Origin: a virus
Lineage: Duplodnaviria; Caudoviricetes
Strand: one strand, 5' to 3'
IMG/VR virus record: IMGVR_UViG_3300047382_000771
Coordinates: 32,001 to 96,000 of that record
Length of the DNA stretch: 64,000 bases
Below are positions 36,940 to 47,100 of the stretch, piece by piece. The notes below the pieces were generated by a model, which was not told the DNA's origin, made no database searches, and saw only the letters and a list, made by a program, of their open reading frames with translations. Position numbers and translations under genes: made by a program. Position 1 is the stretch's first letter; every line of letters begins with the position of its first letter.

Positions 36940-38094
36940 CTATTTTTTAGCTCTCTCAATGAAGTGGTCGGCTAAACCACCTTCGTCTATGTACTCCTGC
37001 AACTCTTCTAATAATTTATTCCTAATAGCTTTTACATCTGGTGGTAGCTCTTCCTTCTTGTGGGCTGCGAAAGTCATCGTAGCTGCTATCAGGAGTAGGA
37101 TAGCTAGAGGGTCAAATACGAATATAAGAGTTATTATAACTACACGGATGGCTTGATTAGTGTCAATAGACATACCTGCCCATTCGTTTAGCATGTTAGC
37201 TATATATAGGATTGGACCTATCTCCACTTCTAGGGCCCTTAATTTGGATCCATACTCAAATTTTTCTGACTCCATGACATCTATTCTGTCGTAAGCTTCT
37301 TCTATGACAGTTCTTGGGACACTTGTTTCTTTTGGAGCAATGGAGGTGCCTATTAAAATATTATCAATTTTATCTCTTGAGTCTTTTATTTTATCATCAA
37401 AACTTGAAGAAATAGATTGAATTTCTTCCTCAATAGATAAACGCTGTGAAGCTAAGCTTTCTTTTTCTTTTTTTTGAGCATCGACTAGTTGGTCATATTT
37501 TTTTTGACTCCCAAAAAGACCGCTTGGTTTTGCGTTTTTTAATTCTAGATCTAACTCCAAGAGCCTTCCTGATATATTTGTTATAATTTTCTCTTGTACA
37601 GATATAGAGGAAGACTTTTCTTCTTTTAATAATTTAACCCTAGACTCTAATACTGCAACAGTATCGCTCGAATTTTCTTGAGCGGACTGCATGGATTCAT
37701 TTAAGGATTTAAATTCTAACTCTTTTCTTTCTATAAATTTTAATTCCCTATTGATTTTATCATCTATCTGTTGAATGATTGCTTGTTCTTTTTCTATAGA
37801 TGCGTGGTGCTCCACGTGCGATCTTGAAAGGAAGCCAAAAATACCCATACTTGTTATCAAACTTAAAACAACAACAGAAAATAAAAGATAACGTTTAAGA
37901 AACTTAAATGCATTATTCCAATTATGGTGCAACCATACGGACGCAATAAGTTTTCCAATCTCCAGTACCCCGCCCATAATTATGATAGCTTCCCTTGAGC
38001 CTGGGAACATGGTAGCTAGACCTATGACACTAAAATAAGCTGCCGTCAAAGAAATAGATACGGCAGAAACAAAAACTAGTCCTGCAAAAAACAT
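36940..38094 (-). CDS. Membrane protein with N-terminal TM helices, a long coiled coil and a C-terminal TM segment
   Basis: Hydrophobic AAYFSVIGL, GGVLEIGKL and ITSMGIFGFLS segments; EVEIGPILYIA...FDPLAILLLIAA; resembles a family I recall from large aquatic phages. Confidence 0.7.
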   Translation of the reverse strand: MFFAGLVFVSAVSISLTAAYFSVIGLATMFPGSREAIIIMGGVLEIGKLIASVWLHHNWNNAFKFLKRYLLFSVVVLSLITSMGIFGFLSRSHVEHHASIEKEQAIIQQIDDKINRELKFIERKELEFKSLNESMQSAQENSSDTVAVLESRVKLLKEEKSSSISVQEKIITNISGRLLELDLELKNAKPSGLFGSQKKYDQLVDAQKKEKESLASQRLSIEEEIQSISSSFDDKIKDSRDKIDNILIGTSIAPKETSVPRTVIEEAYDRIDVMESEKFEYGSKLRALEVEIGPILYIANMLNEWAGMSIDTNQAIRVVIITLIFVFDPLAILLLIAATMTFAAHKKEELPPDVKAIRNKLLEELQEYIDEGGLADHFIERAKK

Positions 38095-38355
38095 TTATAA
38101 GTCCTCCTTTAATCCTCTTTTCTTTATTTTATTATTTTGATATGTACAAAAAGTAATCAAAACAAAATGCCTACCCATAACTTTTTTATGAGTAATAGAA
38201 TAATTGTAGTTTTTTAGGAAACGAGATAAATCAATTAAGTATTTATCTTGTACATATATTATGATTTTTTTTGGATTACCTTTGTCGTCAATATCTTGAG
38301 AGAACATGACATCGTCTGCATATTCATAGCAAATATTTTCTATCGTAGTATTCAT
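38095..38355 (-). CDS. Hypothetical protein (86 aa)
   Basis: ORF preceded by the GTGTA motif. Confidence 0.5.
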   Translation of the reverse strand: MNTTIENICYEYADDVMFSQDIDDKGNPKKIIIYVQDKYLIDLSRFLKNYNYSITHKKVMGRHFVLITFCTYQNNKIKKRGLKEDL

Positions 38356-38366
38356 TCATAATAATG

Positions 38367-38371
38367 TACAC
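38367..38371 (-). promoter_or_regulatory. GTGTA motif, 11 nt upstream of ATG 38355
   Basis: taGTGTAcattattatgaATG. Confidence 0.7.
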
Positions 38372-38377
38372 TACAAA

Positions 38378-39448
38378 TTACAAAAAATCATCAATTTCTA
38401 CAGCAGGTTTATTCCAATAAGGGCAGCCTTTGTATTCCATTTTTTCCACATATTCCCCTTTAGATTCGTCAGGTGTAAGTATATTTTTGGCTTCTTCAAA
38501 AACTGACTTAATAATTTTACCAGATTCATTTTTGATAACATAATAAGTCAACGGCTTCCTGTAAGAACATATATATGCCACGATAGGCTCACCGTTTTTA
38601 TCTAAAAGGGGACTACCTTTAGATATTTTATAACCATCCTTCCCGCACATTAGCGGGCCGCCAAAGGTTCCGTCTTGAGGATAACCTTGTGATCCAGCAA
38701 AGTTAGCTACTGCGTCTTGCTCGTCAAAACTATCTAGGAAAGATTGTATATCGGTTAAGTGAAGCTCTACCCCCTCTAGCTCTTCGTCTGATAAATTTTT
38801 CATTTTCAAATTGCCATTCGCATTTAAATCAAACTTTAAAAACAAAAACTCAACTTGACGTTTGGTGAAATTAGGGAACATTTTTTTAACAGCGAGAGTG
38901 TAAAGAAAATCTTGGAGATTATCTGTCACTTCTTTACCTTTGAAAATTTGCTTACTGCTCTTAAAGTCTCTGATGATGGCGGTGCTTTTTTCTTTATACA
39001 AGAATAATTTATCAATAAAGCCTCTAAGTCGGTAAAGTTTTCCTGCTTCATCAACAGTAATATCAAAAGATTGCTCAGATATAGCTTGATCGGGCGTCCC
39101 ATTATGATTGTCCCCGAAGAAATCAAAGTGCAGGCCTGCCAGCGTCATGTCGTCAATCATTTTTAAATTGTCTACATCGTTTACATTTAATTTTTTAGCA
39201 TGATACTGGACCAGCCTTTTGATTGGGGCACACGCAAATATAGAATCTTTAAGAATGATTTCGTCATATATTTTTTTGTGTTTTTCTTCCCCTAATAACT
39301 CAAAGATTAAGTGGCATATCCATCCCCTGCTTGCACCATCGTTACTTTTGTCTGGAACTTTTAAATGGTATGTAGCCCAATAACTCCAAGAGCAACTTTG
39401 GGCTTTTTTAATTTTACTAGCTGATAGTGGAGTGAGTTCTTTTTTCAT
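38378..39448 (-). CDS. PD-(D/E)XK exonuclease, RecB/AddB/Cas4-like
   Basis: LSASKIK..SC N-terminal motif; RG..CH; LRGFIDK; IIRDFKS; C-terminal cysteines (MCG, ICS, GCP). Confidence 0.8.
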   Translation of the reverse strand: MKKELTPLSASKIKKAQSCSWSYWATYHLKVPDKSNDGASRGWICHLIFELLGEEKHKKIYDEIILKDSIFACAPIKRLVQYHAKKLNVNDVDNLKMIDDMTLAGLHFDFFGDNHNGTPDQAISEQSFDITVDEAGKLYRLRGFIDKLFLYKEKSTAIIRDFKSSKQIFKGKEVTDNLQDFLYTLAVKKMFPNFTKRQVEFLFLKFDLNANGNLKMKNLSDEELEGVELHLTDIQSFLDSFDEQDAVANFAGSQGYPQDGTFGGPLMCGKDGYKISKGSPLLDKNGEPIVAYICSYRKPLTYYVIKNESGKIIKSVFEEAKNILTPDESKGEYVEKMEYKGCPYWNKPAVEIDDFL

Positions 39449-40482
39449 TACATGTGTTTTTTGAATGATTGATAAGCAGATTTAGATATATCACCAGATT
39501 CATTGTAAGATTTTATATCACTATCTATTTGTTCTAGATTTGAGCCTGGCTCAGAAAGGTTTGATGACCAGACTTCTATCTGATATTCATTCATGTCTCC
39601 GAAGTCATTAAGTGTCGGAGGGTTAATAGCTATCCTTGATCGAGAGAAATAATTCAAAAGCTTACAATAAACTCCTAGAGATCCTATTTTGCCTCTATTT
39701 TTTTCTTTCCCTTCATCGTTATTAAGACAAATGTGAATACATTCAGCGTCAATACTTAATAAAAAACATAGAACTTTTGAAGATATAGATGTACCAAAAG
39801 TACATATAGTATTATGTATACCTGCAGAATGAAGTGATAGTATATCACCTATACTTTCAACTAAATATATACATCTGTTTTCTTTAATTGAATTTAGGAA
39901 TATATTTTCACCGTCAACGGGAACAAAAGCTGGGTATACCCAATTAGTTTTTTTACCGACATGTTTCCATTTGGGCCTATTAGAGGATTTACTATTCATG
40001 TCCCTTCCGCTGAAACCATGTATCTGACCAGTTTCATTGTAAATTGGGAAAACGAACCTTTGATACATAGCCCCCTCTGTAGCGAGACCCCCTTTTAAAT
40101 TAACCAAGACATCTTCACTAACCCCCTTGTTGGTATAAAAAATATAGTGAGGCATTAATTTTTGCAGAATGGATTCGTCGTATATTTTTTCAGAAGACAT
40201 TTTAGGTTTTTGCTGATTTACTGGGTTGTTAGAAAAGTTTTCTAAAAACTCACTAATTTTAGATTCATCTGTAGTTTTAATTGTTGCACAAATTAATTCC
40301 TTAAATGGCATTCTTGGGGTGTTTTTAACGAAGTCAGTCCACACCCCTGTGTCCTTATATATCATTAAAGCTGTGGGATTATTACCACCCCTGTACAATG
40401 CACTGGTCCTCCAATGATTGCCGCAATCTTGCAGAGAGTAGCCCATTTTGTTTAGGCTAGTTTTAATTACTTCTTGATTCAT
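39448..40482 (-). CDS. dnaG: DnaG-type DNA primase (TOPRIM)
   Basis: RFVFPI.N..G.IHGFSGR; KWKH; LVESIGD; G TS; LNND; DFGDM. Lies directly downstream of the helicase. Confidence 0.85.
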   Translation of the reverse strand: MNQEVIKTSLNKMGYSLQDCGNHWRTSALYRGGNNPTALMIYKDTGVWTDFVKNTPRMPFKELICATIKTTDESKISEFLENFSNNPVNQQKPKMSSEKIYDESILQKLMPHYIFYTNKGVSEDVLVNLKGGLATEGAMYQRFVFPIYNETGQIHGFSGRDMNSKSSNRPKWKHVGKKTNWVYPAFVPVDGENIFLNSIKENRCIYLVESIGDILSLHSAGIHNTICTFGTSISSKVLCFLLSIDAECIHICLNNDEGKEKNRGKIGSLGVYCKLLNYFSRSRIAINPPTLNDFGDMNEYQIEVWSSNLSEPGSNLEQIDSDIKSYNESGDISKSAYQSFKKHM

Positions 40483-41984
40483 TAAAGCTCTGGATCGAAT
40501 AAGTCTCCTCCGCCTGGGTTATTTACATTTAATTCTGCAGCTGTCTGTGCATCCACCATGTCCTGCAAGTCGCCTACTTCTTTGACTGCAAAATTTTCAA
40601 TTTCAAGATTAATGCAGTTGCGTTTTAATTCACCGTCATGCATCCTTACTGGAACTACAGCTCTATGTACGTCTTCCCCTAAGTGCCTACACTTAAACCA
40701 GCTCAATTTATGAGTACCAAAACCCTCTTCTTCAGCTAATTCGTCTGTTGTTTTCTGCCTAAGACTAAGTAAGTGAGAGCTGAACTGAGTAATCCTGTCG
40801 GATAAAGAGACGATGCTCTCATCTTCAACTAAACTGTCTGACCTTCTATTATTAGTGATGCCAGTCCTATTACTTTGAACGCTGGTTATTAATGATAAGG
40901 CGGGTTCATCATTAAAGACTAAGTCTTTTTGGATGAGTCTTTTAAGTTTATCAACCATCTCCCCAACAACTTGCCATTCAGATTTATTTTGCATGCTTTC
41001 TGACGTGGTTTTGATATAGTCAAAGCTTAATATCATGGGGTTACCCCTCCCTACATTTGAAAAATAAAAATGTTTTACTTTCTGGATCATGGCATCTACA
41101 GGTAATCCCCCTACATTTTCATAGAAAAACTGATAGTTTTTAACCTTAGACCAAACATCTCTTACCTTAGAAACTATTTCGTCACCAGCCTGCCTCCATT
41201 GACCAGTTTCTAATAGTCTAATAGGTACCCCAGATAAAGCAGAGCACTGACGCATTATAAGTTCTTCTTTACTCATTTCGCCGTTGTCTAGATGCAAAAC
41301 AGGTATGCTGTATTTCAAGGAAACTTTAGTACAAAAGTCCATGACAAATTGTGTTTTACCAACACCAGATCTAGCTACTATTGTGGTGATGTTTCCAGGC
41401 CTAAGTAATGAACCTAGAACTTGATGTAACCTAGGGTGCGGACCAGTTGGGCCAAAATCTGTTATTGGATTGTTGCCTCTATCTTCTATTAACTCGCTCA
41501 TCTCTGAGAAAATATTTTTAGGAGCATCTGCTTGGTTTTCATAAGAACTAATTGTTTTATTGAAAATTTCATCAGCAGTATTGACTATATCTGTATAGGA
41601 TTTTTCTGCACTCATCTTTTCCATGGAGGATGAGAGTTTTAATCCTACTTGTTTAATTTCCCTGCGTATCGATAATTTTTTTACTTCTCGAGCTGAGGAA
41701 ACCGTACCTGCTTCAGAGCACTTCCTTAAGGATAACGCATGCAGATAGTCACCTATATCTATGTTGTCTTCAAAAGAGATCCCCGATAGAGATATCTTTT
41801 CAGCAAGAATAGATGAGTCTATTGATTCAGACTTTTCGTAACTGTTAGCGAGGAAAGCATAAATAGTTTTATTGACATCTGATACGAAGTCGTTAGCACT
41901 AAAAAAGGGGGCTACTTGACTGTAAGCACAAGGATGAGATAATAATCCAGCAATTAATTGCTGTTCGAGTTCAAATGAATGCAT
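40482..41984 (-). CDS. dnaB: DnaB replicative helicase
   Basis: Walker A ARSGVGKT; LDNGEMS; FDYIK; SVQSNR; SDRITQFS. Confidence 0.92.
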   Translation of the reverse strand: MHSFELEQQLIAGLLSHPCAYSQVAPFFSANDFVSDVNKTIYAFLANSYEKSESIDSSILAEKISLSGISFEDNIDIGDYLHALSLRKCSEAGTVSSAREVKKLSIRREIKQVGLKLSSSMEKMSAEKSYTDIVNTADEIFNKTISSYENQADAPKNIFSEMSELIEDRGNNPITDFGPTGPHPRLHQVLGSLLRPGNITTIVARSGVGKTQFVMDFCTKVSLKYSIPVLHLDNGEMSKEELIMRQCSALSGVPIRLLETGQWRQAGDEIVSKVRDVWSKVKNYQFFYENVGGLPVDAMIQKVKHFYFSNVGRGNPMILSFDYIKTTSESMQNKSEWQVVGEMVDKLKRLIQKDLVFNDEPALSLITSVQSNRTGITNNRRSDSLVEDESIVSLSDRITQFSSHLLSLRQKTTDELAEEEGFGTHKLSWFKCRHLGEDVHRAVVPVRMHDGELKRNCINLEIENFAVKEVGDLQDMVDAQTAAELNVNNPGGGDLFDPEL

Positions 41985-41994
41985 GTTTTATTTA

Positions 41995-42267
41995 TTAGTT
42001 GGAATCCTCTGGATCTATATCTCCGAAGCCAAACATGGATTCAGATTCTTCTAAGTTGGTGAGGTATTTTTCCAAAGATTTGCGTAATCCCATTTCTATG
42101 ATTTGGTTTTGAGCCCTTGTATAAACAAGAGGTTTTCCCTCTTGAGTTACGAAAGCTAATATGAAACCTTTGTGTTGGTTTCCCTCCCCGCTTAATTCAA
42201 AAATTGTATCAAGCAATGATTCGGGCATTTCAAATTTATTTAAGTCGTCTGGATTTATATCTGACAT
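41995..42267 (-). CDS. Hypothetical acidic protein (90 aa)
   Basis: ORF preceded by the GTGTA motif. Confidence 0.55.
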   Translation of the reverse strand: MSDINPDDLNKFEMPESLLDTIFELSGEGNQHKGFILAFVTQEGKPLVYTRAQNQIIEMGLRKSLEKYLTNLEESESMFGFGDIDPEDSN

Positions 42268-42276
42268 AATAATATA

Positions 42277-42687
42277 TTACACATCTATCCCTAAGGATTT
42301 TAATAAAGTTTTGGATAAATCGTCCTTGGGGTATACCTCTATGAACTTAATGTTGTTGAGTTTGCAATATTCTTCTTTACTATTGTCACGTCTAATTTGG
42401 CTAAGAAAATTTGACTTAGCTTTGCCGTGAAAAAATGGAGTATATTTTAAGTGTTGCTCTCCTTGGACTTCTATAGCTATTGAGTGACTGGCATTGTAAA
42501 AATCAAAGGACATTCTAGTGCCAACTACAGGCATTTCCTCAAAAACAAAATCTGAAGACCAGTACTTTTTTAGAAATTGTTTTACAAAGAATTGCCTTTT
42601 GCTTCTGCTTGGTTTTTCCCAATCAATTAAATATTTTTTTGGCTTACTTAATCTTTTACTGCCGCCTGTGAGAGTTTTAAAAATCAT
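42277..42687 (-). CDS. Vsr/DUF559-like PD-(D/E)XK endonuclease
   Basis: FDFY...IAIEVQGEQH...Q..RD..K..YC..NNI..IEV. Confidence 0.75.
   Translation of the reverse strand: MIFKTLTGGSKRLSKPKKYLIDWEKPSRSKRQFFVKQFLKKYWSSDFVFEEMPVVGTRMSFDFYNASHSIAIEVQGEQHLKYTPFFHGKAKSNFLSQIRRDNSKEEYCKLNNIKFIEVYPKDDLSKTLLKSLGIDV
42278..42282 (-). promoter_or_regulatory. GTGTA motif, 10 nt upstream of ATG 42267
   Basis: atGTGTAatatattattATG (inside the 3' end of the upstream gene). Confidence 0.65.
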
Positions 42688-43799
42688 GCTTTACAGATTA
42701 AGTTTTTAAAATGTTTAATTAAAAAATCTACTAACTCTGGGTTGGCTTCTAGTTCTTTGTTTAGATTAGATTCTCCTTGTATCTTATCTGGGAACTCAAA
42801 TTTGTTTTGCTTTAAGGTCGATATAAAATCTTCTTCACAGGATATCCAAGCTCCTTTCCTATTGATGTAGCCCCACATATAAAGCATGTCTATGATTTCA
42901 CGCTCAACCCATATAGAATTACCATCAGTTCTGCCATACTTGATTGGGTATTCGAGAGTATAATTAGTTTTTTCAATTGGAGATTTCTTTACCGTGATTT
43001 TAGCTATATGTCCAAGTATTTTATTTTTCTGTTGATCTATCGGTTGAGTTTGGTTCTCTAAGATGAGATCTTTTTTGAATCTAGGCTCGAACTCGAGTAT
43101 GTAATTAGCAAAGTGGAGTAAAGCATTACCTCCCGTCGCTGTTGTTTGCCTTATGGGAGCTTTACTGTAGGGGTCAAGTTTAATATCTGCACGAACTTGC
43201 GAGATAAAAATAGCCATATGACCTCTTTTAGCTAAAGCTATACTCATTTTTTGCATGAACTTAGCTCCCAATAAAGCTCCTCCTGCAACTTTATGAGAGT
43301 CCTGAAAGTCTTTTTCTAAGTCATCTTTCATGATTAAGCCATCTAAGGAATCCAAGACAAAGCAATACCTTGTTTCGTCTGGATTTTTAGCAACTAAAAC
43401 TCTCATTAGATCTAAAACCGTCTCATATATATTACAGTCAAAGATGAAGCATGTGCCTTGCTCCCAGTCACTTTCCTCTGTGACAAAGTTTATGCCGCAC
43501 CTTTTCTTCATTTCTTTAGAAAGTCTTCCTTCAGCTTTTATATAAACTGCTTTTGAATTAGGCATTTTGAGGAAATTTTTTGCTACCTCTAAAGCTTCAG
43601 AGCTCTTGCCCCCTTCATTCATCCCTGTAAAGCGATGTAATCCTGGACCTAGACCCCCATTTAATTCAAAGTCAACCTTTAAACTTCCAGAAGAGACTTT
43701 GTAATCTACTTCCTTTTCGAAGTTGTAATGGTGATCTTCGTTTTGTTTTAAAAATATTTTTAAAGCTTGTTGTCCTGATAAATCTTGCGTCTTACTCAT
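42684..43799 (-). CDS. recA: RecA/UvsX-family recombinase
   Basis: Walker A GMNEGGKS; YIKAEG; FVLDSL; FISQVR; TGGNALLHFA; KITVKKS; IEYG-like IKYG. Confidence 0.9.
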   Translation of the reverse strand: MSKTQDLSGQQALKIFLKQNEDHHYNFEKEVDYKVSSGSLKVDFELNGGLGPGLHRFTGMNEGGKSSEALEVAKNFLKMPNSKAVYIKAEGRLSKEMKKRCGINFVTEESDWEQGTCFIFDCNIYETVLDLMRVLVAKNPDETRYCFVLDSLDGLIMKDDLEKDFQDSHKVAGGALLGAKFMQKMSIALAKRGHMAIFISQVRADIKLDPYSKAPIRQTTATGGNALLHFANYILEFEPRFKKDLILENQTQPIDQQKNKILGHIAKITVKKSPIEKTNYTLEYPIKYGRTDGNSIWVEREIIDMLYMWGYINRKGAWISCEEDFISTLKQNKFEFPDKIQGESNLNKELEANPELVDFLIKHFKNLICKA

Positions 43800-44127
43800 A
43801 AAGGAATGATTTGATAGTTTTTGTAGATTTTTTATTTAAAATATTATCGCCACAAACTTCTCCGAGTTCTACCGTTTGTTTTTGTGGGATTTTATAATGA
43901 AACCTTTTGTACTTTTTGTCAAGCTCTTTAGCATAAAACCCTGACCTAAGTACGATTAATGTTTCTATTTTATCTGGAAACCTAAGGTTTTTCCAGAATA
44001 ACTTGGATGGATATTTTTCTAATAAAATATTAAGCGTTTTGATTTCTCTTGCCCAGAAAGGTCTTTTACCTTTTGCGGGAACATCTACCAAAGATTCAAT
44101 AATTATTTTCTTGTCTGAATGCCTCAC
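43792..44127 (-). CDS. Hypothetical basic protein (111 aa), first gene of the recA-dnaB-dnaG operon
   Basis: GTG start lies directly behind a sigma70 promoter. Confidence 0.55.
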   Translation of the reverse strand: MRHSDKKIIIESLVDVPAKGKRPFWAREIKTLNILLEKYPSKLFWKNLRFPDKIETLIVLRSGFYAKELDKKYKRFHYKIPQKQTVELGEVCGDNILNKKSTKTIKSFLYE

Positions 44128-44133
44128 CCGACC

Positions 44134-44162
44134 ATAATACCAAAAGAGTTCGGTAAAGTCAA
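44134..44162 (-). promoter_or_regulatory. sigma70-type promoter with extended -10, leaderless
   Basis: TTGACT (44162-44157), 17 nt ending TGg, TATTAT (44139-44134), 6 nt, GTG 44127. Confidence 0.78.
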
Positions 44163-44168
44163 GTATAA

Positions 44169-47100
44169 TTATGAATAACTATTTGGTGTAAAAGATGTAT
44201 TACTAGAAGGGTAGGATCTTGATGGGCCCCAAATCAATCTCGCTGCACCAACTCCACCTAGGCCTCCGTTAGCTCGGGTATCGTCTTCTGCACCACCACC
44301 GCCGCCACCGAAATTTCCTCCGTGTCCGCCAGATGAGCCATCGCTCCCTCCAGAACCACCCTTGCCTATTGTTGAGCCGCTTCCAGATCCTCCAGAACCA
44401 CTACTACCAACACCATAAATGCCGACTCCGCCACCCCCATTAGATTGAGTGCCACCTCTTGCTTGACCTGCTCCGCCTCCTCCGCCGCCACCTGATCCAT
44501 TAAATCCATTTTTGTAATTTCCTGATGAACCTTGGCCTCCATTACCAGAATACCCAGCAGCACCACCTCCACCGCCGCCCCCGTTATTGTATTGAGAGGG
44601 TCCTCCGTATCCTCCTCTGAAGCCATTTGGGCCAGTAATATGAGAACCTCCAAGAGTGGCATTACTACTTCCATACGCTCCACCTTTACCACCGCCTGCT
44701 TCTAAAATGGTTGAATTGTTAAGTTTAATTACAGTATTACCTCCGTCAACCCCAGATGTTTTTGCCCAACCAACTCCTCCGCTACCACCTCTACCGACTA
44801 TGATGGTTATTTCATCACCTGGATTCACTGACTGTGAGGATGTGTAAGAGAGTGCTCCCCCGCCTCCTCCAGAACCAGAGTGTGTACTATTACCGAAAGA
44901 TCCAGCGGCCCCACCACCAGCACCAACCGCTAAAGCTGATATAGAATTAACGTGATTTGGTACTATGAATCTATATGTACCATCGGTTGTAAATTGCTCT
45001 TCACCCTGAGGGGTGATTGGGTTAGTTCCACCACTCATTTGAATGGTTTGTCCTTGGTTTAAAATTACAGAGCCACCTTGGTTTATAATAATGTCGGGAT
45101 CATTAGAGTCGTTCCAGTCATTAACAAACTCGGTTATAGTTTTTATTCCGTCCCCACTAAATGTGAACCCATTAAAAAACGAACTGTTGGTACTACTAGT
45201 TAATGAAACACTGGCCTGACTCTGGTCTGACGCAGTCACATTGCCAGAAAATAAAGAAGGGGAGCCTATAGAGCCTACCATGTACAAGGCTCTTATGTTA
45301 TCATTACCAGTAGAAGTAGTAAACTCAGTGTTCGGGTCAATCGGGTCCGCAAAAGTTCCAGGGCCATCCGTAACCCATTTAGCAAAAAGATATCCATTAT
45401 TAGGTGAAGCTGATAATGTGATTTTAGAATCCATTACCTTAGACAGGTTATTAACTCCATCCCCGTTTTGGGTACCTTGATTACCTGAAACCGTGATATT
45501 GTATCTGATTAATTTAACAGACAAATTAATAGTAGCATTTCCAGCCCCAACCGTAAAAGTTGTGCTAGGAGTGCTTGGACCAATTTGGCCAGCACCAGAA
45601 AGAGACCATGATTCAAATTCATAGCCAAGATTAGGGAGTGAGGATATAGTAACTACATCACCAATATTATAAACCCCACCCCCAGTTGCACTGGAGTTAG
45701 AGCCATTAATTGTAATTGTATAATCGATTGGTGTGAAGACCGCCTCTAAGAAAGCATTTCCATCACCGCCAATAAAAGTGGTTGATGCGGAGTTTACGTC
45801 TCCTATCGAGCCAGGTCCGCTTATGTTCCAGTGACTAAATTCGTAGCCGAGGTTAGGTGTAGCTGAAATGTTTACAACTTCCTGGTAATTAAATGAACTA
45901 GAACCAGTGGTTGAACCCGTGAAAGATTGCAGGCTTAGTTCGTAATTTATTAATGTATAAGTACCTTCTATTGTAGCATCACCTGCACCAACAGTAAAAG
46001 TTGTGCGTTTATTGAAAGAGTCAAATAAGGATCCAGTACCAGTTATGCTCCAATGACTGAACTCGTATCCAGTATTACCTATAGCTTCAATAGAAAAGGT
46101 ATCATTTATATTATATATGCCAGATCCAGTTTCGGTACCATTATCACCTTGTACTGAAATATTGTAATCAATAGCTGAGTAGTTTGCTGTAAGAGTAGTA
46201 TGCCCTTCTCCGACTGTAAAACTAGTCGAAGCTGAATTAGAATTAGCAATGCTTCCAGAACCTGACTTAGTCCAGTTTACAAACTCATAACCAGAGTTTG
46301 GTACAGCTTCAATAGTGAAGTTATCGTTAATGATGTGACTACCCCCAGCGGTTTCAACTCCGTTCTGTCCACGAATAGATATCGTGTAAGGTATTGCTAC
46401 ATAATTAGCTGTTATTGTTGCATCTCCAGCACCAACTATAAAATTAGTATTAGTGATAGAGCTATTTTGTATAACTCCAGATCCAGATAAAGACCAATGA
46501 GAGAATCTGTAGCCAGGGTCAGGGTTAGCTGTTAAAGATACAATATTATTTATATTATAAATGCCCCCTAAGCTTTCTGTTCCATTGTCTCCGTTTACAG
46601 TTATAGTATAATCGATAGCATTATATGTCGCTGATATGTCACAGTCTCCGTTTCCTACTGTGAATTGTGTTGATGCGGAGGAGGTGTCAGCTATAGTTCC
46701 AGCTCCAGATTTAGACCAAGATACAAATTCATAACCTAGGTCTGGAGTTGATAATAAATTAATATTGTCATTAATATTGTATATACCAGGGCTATTAACT
46801 GTTCCATTAGTACTATTAAAGTTAATTAAATAATCTATAGCTTTATAGATTGCAGTAAGTACTGCATCACTAGTATTGACAACATAACTAGTATTATTTA
46901 AACTGGAATTAGTAATTGACCCATCTCCATTTGTGGACCAATTAGAAAATAAATAGCCAAGGTCTGGTGTCGCTGTTATATTAACAATATTGCCTATGTT
47001 ATGAATCCCTGGGCCAGGTGTTTCCGTACCATTGGAACCGTCTGTACTAATGGAGTAATCTATTAAAGTGTAAATAGCTTCAACCGTACAATTACCTGCA

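Noticed and set aside
38378-39448. CRISPR-Cas system suggested by the Cas4-like nuclease
   Set aside because: No repeat-spacer array or other cas gene was seen. Solo Cas4-like nucleases are common in phage replication modules.
2827-44692. Same-strand out-of-frame ORFs inside larger genes (2827-3036, 11479-11664, 12291-12515, 13086-13331, 14565-14816, 18259-18537, 38926-39126, 40226-40417, 44366-44692)
   Set aside because: Fully nested in well-supported genes; no start signals or recognisable products.
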